DNA of 64,000 bases from Pseudomonadota bacterium (GTDB lineage: Bacteria; Pseudomonadota; Gammaproteobacteria; UBA9214). The position numbers and the translations under genes are program-made. Positions within the stretch are counted from its first letter, which is position 1, and every line of letters begins with the position of its first letter. The notes below the pieces were generated by a model that saw only the letters and a program-made list of their open reading frames with translations, was not told where the DNA came from and did not search any database. The stretch is from assembly GCA_039714975.1 (NCBI GenBank), contig JBDLIH010000006.1:9325-73324 (forward strand), in the 5' to 3' direction. Positions 39,001 through 51,359 of this stretch are shown here, piece after piece.

Positions 39001-40215
39001 TCAGCTATAGCTCAGCCCCATGGCCTGGCGTACCTCTTCCAGCGTTTCTCGCGCCACGTCGCGGGCAGCACTGGAGCCTTCGTTAATGATAGCGCGTACC
39101 CGTCCCGGGTCCTGTTCAAACTCCCGGGCACGTTCCTGTATCGGTTCCAGCTCCTGCAACACACTGTCAATAATGTGCTGCTTGCAATCGAGGCAGCCAA
39201 TGCCGGCCGTGGTACAGCCTTCACGCACTGCGGCCTTGACCTCGTCACCGGAGTAGACTTCGTGCAACTGCCACACCGGACAGATATCCGGGTTACCGGG
39301 GTCCGTGCGTCGCACCCGTGCCGGGTCGGTCGGCATGGTACGCAATTTCTCACGCACATCATCCGGGTCTTCGCGCAGGGTGATGGTATTGTGATAGGAC
39401 TTGGACATCTTCTGGCCATCCAGTCCCGGCATTTTTGATGCCGGCGTCAGCAGTGCCTCCGGCTCGGTCAGTATCATGCGCCCACTACCTTCCAGATATC
39501 CCAGCAAGCGTTCCCGATCGGTAATGGCAAGATTTTGCTGCTCTGCCAGCAGGGCCTGTGCCACGGCCACCGCCTCGTGGTCGCCCTGCTCCTGGTAGCG
39601 TTTCCGCAAATCACGGTACAGGCGTGCATTCTTTTTGCCCATCTTCTTGACCGCGGCCTTTGCGGCCTCTTCAAAACCGGGCTCACGACCAAAGAGATGA
39701 TTAAAACGACGCGCAACTTCACGGGTCAGCTCGACATGCGCCACCTGGTCTTCACCAACAGGGACCTTGTCGGCACCATAGATAAGAATATCGGCGCTTT
39801 GCAACAAGGGGTATCCAAGAAAGCCGTAGGTCGCCAGGTCACGTTCGCGCAGCTTTTCCTGCTGATCCTTGTAGCTCGGCACCCGCTCCAGCCAGCCCAG
39901 TGGCGTTACCATGGACAGCAGCAAATGCAGTTCGGCATGTTCCGGTACATGTGACTGGATAAACAATTGCGCCGCACCCGGATTAACACCGGCGGCCAGC
40001 CAGTCGATCACCATGTCCCAGACACTGTCAGCAATAATGTGCGAATCTTCGTAGTGTGTCGTCAGTGCATGCCAGTCGGCGACAAAGAAAAAACAGTCGA
40101 ACTCCTGCTGCAGCTTTACCCAGTTCTTAAGCACTCCGTGATAATGCCCAAGGTGCAGGGACCCGGTTGGCCGCATGCCGGAAAGCACCCTGCTGTTTGC
40201 ATGTATTCCACCCAA
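39001..40215 (-). CDS. trpS: Tryptophan--tRNA ligase
   Basis: SGMRPTG.LHLGH, ADWHALT, GYPLLQSADIL, VPVGEDQ, KMSKS. Confidence 0.97.
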   Translation of the reverse strand: MGGIHANSRVLSGMRPTGSLHLGHYHGVLKNWVKLQQEFDCFFFVADWHALTTHYEDSHIIADSVWDMVIDWLAAGVNPGAAQLFIQSHVPEHAELHLLLSMVTPLGWLERVPSYKDQQEKLRERDLATYGFLGYPLLQSADILIYGADKVPVGEDQVAHVELTREVARRFNHLFGREPGFEEAAKAAVKKMGKKNARLYRDLRKRYQEQGDHEAVAVAQALLAEQQNLAITDRERLLGYLEGSGRMILTEPEALLTPASKMPGLDGQKMSKSYHNTITLREDPDDVREKLRTMPTDPARVRRTDPGNPDICPVWQLHEVYSGDEVKAAVREGCTTAGIGCLDCKQHIIDSVLQELEPIQERAREFEQDPGRVRAIINEGSSAARDVARETLEEVRQAMGLSYS

Positions 40216-40224
40216 AATAATCTC

Positions 40225-40914
40225 CTATCTGCCCATTAGCGTCAGCAGTAGCAATTGAAATTTCTGTGCTGACAGTCCGGACACCGGCACCACCATCGAC
40301 ATGACCACACTGATCACGGGCCACAACACCATGCCCAACACGCCCGTCACCAGCAGGCCAATCAGGATAAAGAACCCGTAGGGCTCGATACGACTGAATC
40401 TGTAGGCCCAGGGCCCCGGCAACAGGCCGGTCATCACGCGCCCGCCATCCAGCGGCGGCAGTGGCAGCAGGTTCAGCACCATCAGGATAATATTGATGGT
40501 AATCCCGGCAACACCCATCAGTATCAGCGCCATACCGGTCTCGCCCAGCAACAAACCAAGGCGTATCAGCAGTGCCCAGGCAATTGCCATTAACAAATTC
40601 GCACCCGGACCGGCGGCCGCTACCAGCGCCATGTCCCGTTTGGGATGGTGCAGGTTTTTCCAGTTGATCGGGACCGGTTTGGCGTAGCCAAAGATAAAAC
40701 CTGCCTGCAGCAATAACAGCATACCGGGTATCAGTATGGTTCCCACGGGATCGACGTGCTTGAGTGGATTCAGTGTCAGGCGGCCCAGCATGAAGGCCGT
40801 GTTATCACCCAGTTTGCGGGCAATCCAGCCATGTGACACCTCGTGCACAGTGATGGCCAGCAGTACCGGCACCACCCAGATCGAAATTTTTTGTACCAGG
40901 CTGAGTTCTAGCAT
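40225..40914 (-). CDS. Site-2 (M50) membrane metalloprotease
   Basis: HEVSHG, NPLKHVDP.G, AGPGAN, NLLPLPPLDGGR. Confidence 0.92.
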   Translation of the reverse strand: MLELSLVQKISIWVVPVLLAITVHEVSHGWIARKLGDNTAFMLGRLTLNPLKHVDPVGTILIPGMLLLLQAGFIFGYAKPVPINWKNLHHPKRDMALVAAAGPGANLLMAIAWALLIRLGLLLGETGMALILMGVAGITINIILMVLNLLPLPPLDGGRVMTGLLPGPWAYRFSRIEPYGFFILIGLLVTGVLGMVLWPVISVVMSMVVPVSGLSAQKFQLLLLTLMGR

Positions 40915-40966
40915 CGGCGGATTATAACCTTATGACCGGTGATTGCATTAACGTGTTCCCGGCAGC

Positions 40967-41584
40967 CTAAAAACCCTCAGCACTGCCCCGCCCCTGCCTG
41001 ACCACCTCCGGTACGCCGTCCACAAGATCAATGACCGTGGTGGGTTCCACACCGCAATGATCACCATCAATCACCAGATCAACATCGTGCTCCAGTGTTT
41101 CGCGGATATCGTACGCATCCGTTTCCGGCATATCCTTGCCCGGAAGTATCAGGGTAGAACTCATTAACGGCTCACCCAGTTCATCCAGCAACGCCTGGGC
41201 AACAGGATGATCAGGGATACGAATACCGATGGTCTTGCGCTTCGGGTTTTGCAGGCGCCGCGGCACTTCATGCGTTGCTTTCAGAATAAAGGTATAGGCA
41301 CCCGGTGTCAGCGACTTCAGCAGGCGGTAACTGCTGTTGTCCACCTTTGCATAGGTGGCTATCTCGGACAGATCACGACACATCAGGGTAAAGTTATGCC
41401 TGTTATCGAGATCACGAATGCGCCGTATGCGCTCCATGCCGCGCTTGTCACCGACATGGCACCCCAGTGCATAACTGGAATCCGTCGGGTACACGACAAG
41501 ACCATCATGACGGATAATCTCAACCGCCTGACGGATTAACCGCATCTGCGGATTAAGCGGATGAATCTGGAAAAACTGGCTCAT
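40967..41584 (-). CDS. yciO: Sua5/YciO/YrdC-family protein
   Basis: MSQFFQIHP.NPQ.RLI, YPTDS.YALGC, HNFTLMC, KRKTIGIRIP. Confidence 0.92.
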   Translation of the reverse strand: MSQFFQIHPLNPQMRLIRQAVEIIRHDGLVVYPTDSSYALGCHVGDKRGMERIRRIRDLDNRHNFTLMCRDLSEIATYAKVDNSSYRLLKSLTPGAYTFILKATHEVPRRLQNPKRKTIGIRIPDHPVAQALLDELGEPLMSSTLILPGKDMPETDAYDIRETLEHDVDLVIDGDHCGVEPTTVIDLVDGVPEVVRQGRGSAEGF

Positions 41585-41596
41585 GGAAACACAGCA

Positions 41597-42442
41597 TTAT
41601 TGAACCGGCCAGCGGTCACTTTCCCACACCGGCAGACACCCTGCAGGCAATGCCGGCAGCTGTCCGAGTTTAATCCACGGATTTTCCGGCCCGTGATAGT
41701 CGGAGCCACAGGATGCCAACAGCTCCTTGTTACGGCACAGTGTTGCCATCGCAGTGATGTTGTCCCTGCTATGACTGCCCGAGACAACTTCCATACCCAC
41801 TCCACCACCGGCACGAAAATCATCAATAAGACGACGCAGCTTGCTGGCCGTCATCCGGTACCGCGCCGGGTGTGCGATCACGGCCAGCCCCCCGGAACGG
41901 TGGATCCAGTCGAGTACCGCCTCCAGACTCGCCCACTGGCCCGCAACAAAACCGGGCTTGTTATTCACCAGAAAACGCTTGAACACCTCGCGTACAGAAC
42001 GAGCGTACCCGGCTGCCACCAGATGCTGCGCAAAGTGTGTCCGCCCGACGATATTGCCTTTGGCACGTGCGCGCGCACCCTCGTAACAGCCGCCGATGCC
42101 GGCCCTGGCAAGACGCCGGCCAATTTCCTCTGCGCGCCAGTGACGAAACTCACGCAGTCCTGCAAGACCCGCCTGTAATGGCTTGCAGGCCGGATCAACA
42201 TTCAGGCCGAGGACATGGATGGTCTGTGACTGCCAGCTTACCGATATTTCCACCCCCGGCACCAGTTGCAACCCCAGCTCCCGGGCAGTGTGTCCGGCTA
42301 CAGCCAGTCCATCCAGCGTGTCATGGTCAGTCAGTGCCAGCACATCCACTCTGGCGGCATGTGCTGCGGTCACCAGTTCGACCGGACTCAGGGTTCCGTC
42401 AGAGGCAATTGAATGGCTGTGTAAATCATACTGAAGAGGCAT
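41597..42442 (-). CDS. yciV: PHP-domain phosphoesterase/RNase AM (YciV/TrpH)
   Basis: DLHSHSIASDG, ALTDHDT, GVEIS, IHVLGL, R.HFA, AHP.RY, GSDYHG. Confidence 0.9.
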   Translation of the reverse strand: MPLQYDLHSHSIASDGTLSPVELVTAAHAARVDVLALTDHDTLDGLAVAGHTARELGLQLVPGVEISVSWQSQTIHVLGLNVDPACKPLQAGLAGLREFRHWRAEEIGRRLARAGIGGCYEGARARAKGNIVGRTHFAQHLVAAGYARSVREVFKRFLVNNKPGFVAGQWASLEAVLDWIHRSGGLAVIAHPARYRMTASKLRRLIDDFRAGGGVGMEVVSGSHSRDNITAMATLCRNKELLASCGSDYHGPENPWIKLGQLPALPAGCLPVWESDRWPVQ

Positions 42443-42538
42443 CCGATCCATTCTACAGGACACTGCTTTATAATGTGCCCTGAACCCCTTGGTACACTTT
42501 CAAGGTGCTATTTCCGCACTAATAACCGGGCATTCATT

Positions 42539-43279
42539 ATGCAAATACCCACAGGAGAATTGACCGTCATCCTGACCGGCATCAACACTGTCCTTGCGGC
42601 CTGCAAACAGGCCGGTTCGTCATCCACCTTGCGAATGGAAAACGAAACGGACCTGCCTGCAATGGCACAAGCGCTGCAGCAACTGGCCGATGTCATCACA
42701 CGCGTTGAGGCCGACACCCAGTCAACCAGCGATGCCACCCCCGGGGACATTACCGAGATTGGCGAATATGCCCTGCAGTTACTTGAGGCCCTGTCTGCGG
42801 AGTCCGGTAACCCGGCTCTGAACGGGCAACAGCAAGCCCTGGCCAGCCTGGCAATCAATATTGCCCTCTGGATTGCCCGTCACGGCGGCCAGCTCGAAAC
42901 ACTGGAGCCGGTGGCAAATGCCCTGGCACTCATGGCCAACAGTAGCCGCGTACCGGAAGAACTGGGGCAACTCAGTGGCGTCATAAATGAAATCATTACA
43001 GCCGTATCCAGCCTCATTAGCCAGGATCTGGAGAAAATGAACCCTGGCCGGCCATGGCGGGTACTGCTGCTTAATAATAGTATCGTTGCAACGCGCAGCC
43101 ATGATACGGACTTGATGGAAGCCGCCTTTGTCCTGTTGACCAGCAAGCTGCCGGAAGATGCGACCCGTTTTTTCAGCGAGGGAATGGAGCAAATGGACAG
43201 CCTGGATTACCCGCCCCACGTCCGCCGGGTGATGGAAAAATACCACCGTGAATGGCCGGTTAATCGTTCGCTGCATTAA
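42539..43279 (+). CDS. Hypothetical protein (predicted helical)
   Basis: 246-aa ORF filling the gap between yciV and yciB; no motif recognised. Confidence 0.65.
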   Translation: MQIPTGELTVILTGINTVLAACKQAGSSSTLRMENETDLPAMAQALQQLADVITRVEADTQSTSDATPGDITEIGEYALQLLEALSAESGNPALNGQQQALASLAINIALWIARHGGQLETLEPVANALALMANSSRVPEELGQLSGVINEIITAVSSLISQDLEKMNPGRPWRVLLLNNSIVATRSHDTDLMEAAFVLLTSKLPEDATRFFSEGMEQMDSLDYPPHVRRVMEKYHREWPVNRSLH

Positions 43280-43306
43280 CCCCGTCATGGATGCAAAGCC
43301 GCGCGG

Positions 43307-43364
43307 GTCGGGTTAGCGAAGCGTAACCCGACAAGTTATGTGGCAACATGCTGTCGGCTTACGC
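43307..43364. repeat. REP-like element plus degenerate partial copy
   Basis: GTCGGGTTAGCGAAGCGTAACCCGAC (43307-43332) and TGTCGGCTTACGC (43352-43364); related to 3722-3785. Confidence 0.7.
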
Positions 43365-43462
43365 TGCACCAGCATATTACGGCTTTCACCTGCCCGCCAA
43401 AAAGACTATTATTCGGTTCCTTTGCCTGGAACTTCCCGCGTATATCCCGGACTAACGCAGCA

Positions 43463-44017
43463 ATGAAATTTCTTTTTGACCTGTTCCCGATCATCCTGTT
43501 TTTTGTGGCCTACAAGATGTACGACATCTATGTTGCCACGGCCGTCGCTATTGCTGCCGCTTTTGTACAGACCGGTCTGTTCTGGCTCAAGCACCGCAAG
43601 TTCGAGAAATCGCATCTCATTACCCTGGCTATCCTGGTGGTGTTTGGCGGGCTGACACTGATTCTGCATGACCCTGTTTTCATCAAGTGGAAACCGACCG
43701 TGGTGAACTGGTTATTTGGCGTCACCTTCCTCGGCAGCCAGTTCATTGGCAAAAAACCGCTGGTTGAACGCATGATGGGACACGCCATCACCGCACCCGC
43801 ACCAATCTGGCAACGACTCAACTGGGCATGGATCCTGTTTTTTATCGCCATGGGTGTACTCAATTTGTATGTCGCATTCAGCTTCAGTGAAGAGACCTGG
43901 GTAAACTTCAAGCTGTTCGGCATGATGGGCCTGACGCTGGTGTTCGTGTTCGGACAGGCCTTCTACCTGAGTCGCTACATGGAAACCGATGAGGAAGCCG
44001 ACGAGGAAACAAGGTAA
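43463..44017 (+). CDS. yciB: Inner membrane-spanning protein YciB (IspZ)
   Basis: [38 protein letters not shown]. Confidence 0.95.
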   Translation: MKFLFDLFPIILFFVAYKMYDIYVATAVAIAAAFVQTGLFWLKHRKFEKSHLITLAILVVFGGLTLILHDPVFIKWKPTVVNWLFGVTFLGSQFIGKKPLVERMMGHAITAPAPIWQRLNWAWILFFIAMGVLNLYVAFSFSEETWVNFKLFGMMGLTLVFVFGQAFYLSRYMETDEEADEETR

Positions 44018-44316
44018 TGCTGTATGCGATTATCAGCGAGGACAAAACCGGCACGCTTGAACAACGGCTGGCGACACGGCCGGCACACCTGGAACGGTTA
44101 CATGCACTGCAGGATGAAGGTCGCTTGCTGCTGGCAGGTCCACATCCTGCCATCGACAGCACCGATCCAGGCGAGGCAGGCTTTACCGGCAGCCTGGTGG
44201 TTGCTGAATTTCCCTCACTGGATGACGCACAAGCCTGGGCAGATGCCGATCCCTACATGAAGGCCGGTGTCTATGCACAGGTCACCGTCAAACCCTTTAA
44301 AAAGGTGCTGCCCTGA
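44017..44316 (+). CDS. yciI: YciI-family protein
   Basis: [35 protein letters not shown]. Confidence 0.94.
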   Translation: MLYAIISEDKTGTLEQRLATRPAHLERLHALQDEGRLLLAGPHPAIDSTDPGEAGFTGSLVVAEFPSLDDAQAWADADPYMKAGVYAQVTVKPFKKVLP

Positions 44317-44317
44317 C

Positions 44318-44590
44318 ATGACGACTGAACGTACAGCAATGATCCGCGAACGCCTGACGCGCGAATTGCAGCCGGTGGAACTCGAGATCATCGACGAGAG
44401 CGCAATACATGCCGGTCATGCAGGCGCCGCCAGTGGTGGCGGTCATTTTATCGTCAGCATCGTTTCCCCTGCCTTCGAGGACAAAACACTCATTCAGCGA
44501 CATCGACTGGTCTATGATGCAGTCGGTGATATCATGCACAGCGAGATTCACGCACTCAGTATCAATGCAAAAACTCCGCAAGAATCCTGA
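44318..44590 (+). CDS. bolA: BolA-family protein
   Basis: IIDES..HAGH, GHF.V.IVS.AF, QRHRLVY, IHALSI. Confidence 0.9.
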   Translation: MTTERTAMIRERLTRELQPVELEIIDESAIHAGHAGAASGGGHFIVSIVSPAFEDKTLIQRHRLVYDAVGDIMHSEIHALSINAKTPQES

Positions 44591-44616
44591 TTTTCAACCC
44601 AAGAAGGACTAATCCA

Positions 44617-45462
44617 ATGAACTATCGTCATTACCTGGTACTCATCGCATCACTGGCAACCGTCACAGGCTGCGACCAGATGCAGTCAAGCAACCGTACG
44701 GATACCGGCAACATTGCAGCCATGGCGGAACCGGCTGTCGAGGGCGTCGTCGTTGCAACCGTCAATAACAGCCCGCTTACCCAGGACGTCCTGGACATCT
44801 ATGCCAAACAACGCAAGGCGCAGCCCGGCAACAAGCAGGCAAACACCGAGGAAGCGATACTGAATGAGTTGATAGCACTTGAGCTGATGCGGCAGGAAAG
44901 CATCAAGAAGGGCCTGGACACAAAACCGGTTGTCATTGCCACACTCAACCAGACAACTCGCACCACGCTTGCCGGTATCGCTATCCAGGACTTCATGACC
45001 AATAACACCATCTCGGATGAAGCCGCCAAGACTGCCTATGATGAACAGATGGGCGCAGCAGGCAAGGAATATAACGCGCGTCATATCCTCGTGGCTGACG
45101 AGGATACAGCGAAAGAGGTGGTCAAACTGCTTGACAGTGGCAGTGACTTCTCTGAACTCGCAAAGGAAAAATCCACCGGCCCGTCCGGCGCCAGTGGTGG
45201 AAAACTTGGCTGGTTTGGTTCGGGCCAGATGGTGAAGCCGTTTTCCGACGCTGCGGCTGCACTGGAAAAAGGCGCCTACACCAAGACGCCGGTACAGACA
45301 CAGTTTGGCTGGCACGTCATCATCCTGGATGATGTTCGTGAAAGCACACCACCACCGTTTGATGATGTGAAAGACCGCATCAAGATGCTGCTTGCCAACC
45401 AGAAGTTGCAGGAATTCGTTGAATCATTGAAGAGCACGGCAACCATCGATATCAAGCAGTAA
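44617..45462 (+). CDS. PpiC/parvulin-type peptidyl-prolyl isomerase, putative lipoprotein
   Basis: Lipobox-like TVTGC, YNARHILV, F.ELAKEKS, GG.LGWF, MVKPF, TQFGWHVI. Confidence 0.9.
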   Translation: MNYRHYLVLIASLATVTGCDQMQSSNRTDTGNIAAMAEPAVEGVVVATVNNSPLTQDVLDIYAKQRKAQPGNKQANTEEAILNELIALELMRQESIKKGLDTKPVVIATLNQTTRTTLAGIAIQDFMTNNTISDEAAKTAYDEQMGAAGKEYNARHILVADEDTAKEVVKLLDSGSDFSELAKEKSTGPSGASGGKLGWFGSGQMVKPFSDAAAALEKGAYTKTPVQTQFGWHVIILDDVRESTPPPFDDVKDRIKMLLANQKLQEFVESLKSTATIDIKQ

Positions 45463-45480
45463 GCACTGATGACATTCACG

Positions 45481-45503
45481 GCTGGCGGACTCGTTCCGCC
45501 AGC
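45481..45503. terminator. Hairpin between convergent genes (possible terminator)
   Basis: GCTGGCGGA-CTCGT-TCCGCCAGC; no strong T tract. Confidence 0.4.
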
Positions 45504-45522
45504 CGGTTTCGTTACGGCGCTC

Positions 45523-46986
45523 TCAACCGGCAGGTGCCCGCCTCTCTGCCAGTGACACCACCTCCACTCCCTGGCCTGTGTCACTATCCAGCCACGCCTG
45601 TATACGCACACCATTTTGCGGATCACTGATAATATCAAGACAACAGTGACGTGCCGCATCAATCAACTCGTACAGGGTTTCTCCATCGGTACCTGCCGTC
45701 ACATTCATCGCAGGCACATTCAATAACATAATCTGCGCAGTGTCAGGCAGCTCTGCCTGCATCATATGGAAAACATATTTCAGATAACGTCCTGGCCGCA
45801 GCCATGCCGCGTCCGGGTGGGTAACAGCTGTATCCTTGACCTGGAACCGGAATGACTGCATCGGGTATGTTGCTTCAATGATTGCAAGTAACCGGGAGAC
45901 CAGTGTTATCAACTGGCCCCGTTGCAACAGACCGTCCTTCGCATCCATCAGCATGCGAACATCCTGCCCGGCAGCACCGACAAAGGCATTCAGGTCAGCC
46001 AGCAACAGCTGCTGACTGCCTTGCAGGCTGTCCCGCATCGCACACAGGCTTTCGAGAGTCCCCTGGAAGTGCAACAGGCCCGTTTCCCTGTCCTGGCTGT
46101 ACACAGGTGCTTCAGACTGCCGCTCCGGCTCCTCCGATGTCTCAAGCTCGTCATCGAGCAAGGTGTCACCGGTTAACTTGACCGGTAACTGGATCACATC
46201 AATCAGGGCGTGCCAGAGTGCCGCCAGGGTGCGCGGACCGGAGAAAAATTCCACCTGGATATCTTCCAGGGCATTCGCGATCACGACAATACCGCCGGCT
46301 GCATCAGACTCCGGGAAAACAGAACTAAAGGCCTGCCGGACATGCTGTGCCCTGTTCACGTTTTCATCCAGCGGCAGCACCCCCAGCAACGGCACATCCA
46401 GCCCGAGACAGGAATTCACCTGGCGATGGAAATCACTGTGTATTCCTTTTGCATCTGCAGGATAGCGCACCTTGTTAACAATCAACCGTAACAGGCCGGC
46501 AAAACCGTTCAGCTGCAGCACCCTGACAAGAGCGAAGGCCTCCGCTCGTGAGCGTGGCTCGGGGGTAACAACCAGCACTACCACACCCGAAGCCCTGCAG
46601 CAGGCAAGCAATGTCCGTGCATCCATACCGGAGGTATCAATCAGGAAGTCGTCATAGCCCTCCTGCACATCCATTTCCTTGATGCAGCGCGTACTTTGCT
46701 CGACATGAATCGCCGGCCATTCACGCAACGGGGTTCCGCATGAAATAATGTCAATCCCCTGGTAACCACTGCGCAACAGTCCCTGTTCTGTGGAATCACC
46801 CGCACGCCGCAGCATACTCACGGGTTGTTGCACCATCAGCAGGCTTTCAATCGGAGTTGCACACTCCCGCGCATGGAAAATACCCACCTGTCGTCCACGC
46901 CGGACCTGCTCCAGCGCAATGTTGATTGCCAGGTGTGTCTTGCCCACGCCCGGCAGACCACTTGTAATTGTCATTATTCTTGTCAT
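45523..46986 (-). CDS. Degenerate FleN/FlhG (MinD/ParA)-like protein with long C-terminal extension
   Basis: ITSGLPGVGKT..AIN.A, YDDFLIDTSG, VVTPEP, LIVNKV, LGVLPLD.NV. Confidence 0.75.
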   Translation of the reverse strand: MTRIMTITSGLPGVGKTHLAINIALEQVRRGRQVGIFHARECATPIESLLMVQQPVSMLRRAGDSTEQGLLRSGYQGIDIISCGTPLREWPAIHVEQSTRCIKEMDVQEGYDDFLIDTSGMDARTLLACCRASGVVVLVVTPEPRSRAEAFALVRVLQLNGFAGLLRLIVNKVRYPADAKGIHSDFHRQVNSCLGLDVPLLGVLPLDENVNRAQHVRQAFSSVFPESDAAGGIVVIANALEDIQVEFFSGPRTLAALWHALIDVIQLPVKLTGDTLLDDELETSEEPERQSEAPVYSQDRETGLLHFQGTLESLCAMRDSLQGSQQLLLADLNAFVGAAGQDVRMLMDAKDGLLQRGQLITLVSRLLAIIEATYPMQSFRFQVKDTAVTHPDAAWLRPGRYLKYVFHMMQAELPDTAQIMLLNVPAMNVTAGTDGETLYELIDAARHCCLDIISDPQNGVRIQAWLDSDTGQGVEVVSLAERRAPAG

Positions 46987-48458
46987 TACTGCTTACCATT
47001 GTGTTCCGCCAACCATGCAACCATATCGGTCCTCGACATTGGCTTGCTGACATAATAACCCTGATAATAATCACACCCCATCCCTTTCAGCATATTCAGG
47101 ACCGCACTGGTCTCGACCCCCTCTGCGGTTACCGTCAGGCCCAGGCTGTGCGCAAGATCGATCGTCGCCCGTACAATAGAGGCATTCTCTTCATCTGTAT
47201 CCATATCTGCTACAAAGGATTTGTCAACCTTCAGGGTGTGAACCGGCAACCGCTTGAGATACACCAGTGAGGAGTGACCGGTACCGAAGTCATCAATTGA
47301 CAACTGAAACCCCTTCGTGGCCAGTTGACCCAGCGTGTCGATCACCTGCTCCGGATCCAGCATAACCCCGGTCTCGGTTATTTCAAGCAGTAATGAGGCC
47401 GGAGGCAGACGGTGTTTGTCCAGTGAAGCCTGTATTTTATCCATCAGATTGAAATCATGCAGATTATGCATCGACAGGTTGATGCCGGCACGCAACCCCG
47501 GGGTATTTTGCTGCATCCCGTCAAGCTCCCGACAAGCCGTCTCGATGACCCATTCAGACAACTGCCTGATCAGGCCGCTCTTTTCGGCAGCCTGGATAAA
47601 GGCCCCGGGCATCAGAATTTTTCCATCCGGCTGCTGCCAGCGTACCAGTGTCTCGATATAACTGATCCCGCCCGTCCTGAAATCCATCACCGGCTGGTAG
47701 ACGAGAAACAGGTCATTACGTTCAATGTCTTCATTGAGGATACCGTCCAGCGTCATCCTGGCCTGGGTGATTTCTTCCGTAATCGACGGATCAAAGACTG
47801 CATAGCCCTGTTTGTTATCCTTCGCCGAATACATCGCATAGTCTGCATTGCGCAGCAGCGTATCCACGTCATCAGCATGCTCGGGCATCAGGGTAATGCC
47901 GATGGACACCGATGCAGATAATTTATGGCCCTCCACCTCGAACTCGGGCTGCATTGCCTGAATAATTTTCTGCGCGACCTGTATGGCCTGTTCCGTATCG
48001 GTATCCGGAAGAATCACGACAAATTCGTCACCCCCCAGCCTGGCCAGCGTATCCGATTCGCGCAACTCTCCGGAAATACGTTCAACCACATCCTTTAAAA
48101 GCAGATCGCCGGTATGGTGACCCAACAGGTCGTTGACATATTTAAAGCGCACCAGATCGAGCAGCAGCACGGCTGCCCGACCCGGTGTGCGGCGATACTC
48201 GACAAACAACTGTTTCAGGCGATCGAATAGCAGTGCACGATTATAGATACCGGTCAGAGGGTCCCTGATGGCCATGTCATGCAGGGTTTCATAGAGCTCA
48301 CCCAGCTCGTGAAAACTGACCGGCGTGTCCTTACCCGTGACCGTTATGGCATCAGATGCCGGTTTGCGCCTGCTCCAGGCATGACGGAGCCTGTAACCGA
48401 GTCCTCTCAGCGGTTTCAGGATCATTCCGGGCAGCAAGCTGATTTTAAGGTGTTTCAT
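46986..48458 (-). CDS. GGDEF-EAL c-di-GMP metabolism protein without an obvious sensor domain
   Basis: DPLTG.YNR, FK.VND.LGH, RESDTLARLGGDEF, YQP, ETLVRW, EITET, DDFGTGHSSL, AEGVET, QGY. Confidence 0.93.
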   Translation of the reverse strand: MKHLKISLLPGMILKPLRGLGYRLRHAWSRRKPASDAITVTGKDTPVSFHELGELYETLHDMAIRDPLTGIYNRALLFDRLKQLFVEYRRTPGRAAVLLLDLVRFKYVNDLLGHHTGDLLLKDVVERISGELRESDTLARLGGDEFVVILPDTDTEQAIQVAQKIIQAMQPEFEVEGHKLSASVSIGITLMPEHADDVDTLLRNADYAMYSAKDNKQGYAVFDPSITEEITQARMTLDGILNEDIERNDLFLVYQPVMDFRTGGISYIETLVRWQQPDGKILMPGAFIQAAEKSGLIRQLSEWVIETACRELDGMQQNTPGLRAGINLSMHNLHDFNLMDKIQASLDKHRLPPASLLLEITETGVMLDPEQVIDTLGQLATKGFQLSIDDFGTGHSSLVYLKRLPVHTLKVDKSFVADMDTDEENASIVRATIDLAHSLGLTVTAEGVETSAVLNMLKGMGCDYYQGYYVSKPMSRTDMVAWLAEHNGKQ

Positions 48459-48498
48459 TATCCTTCTAACGGGCCTGAAATCAGCGCCGAACAGTCAC

Positions 48499-51260
<2,762 letters not shown>

Positions 51261-51359
51261 GAGATGACTACCTGACCCCATTAATCGAAGAAATCCAGAG
51301 TGGCTGTATTTTCCTCCAAATGCAGGGAAGAATTCAACAGGGTCCCTGCCTCACCCCTG

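Noticed and set aside
39470-39700. Long insertion in TrpS
   Set aside because: Typical of the ~400-aa beta/gammaproteobacterial TrpS type; no intein motifs
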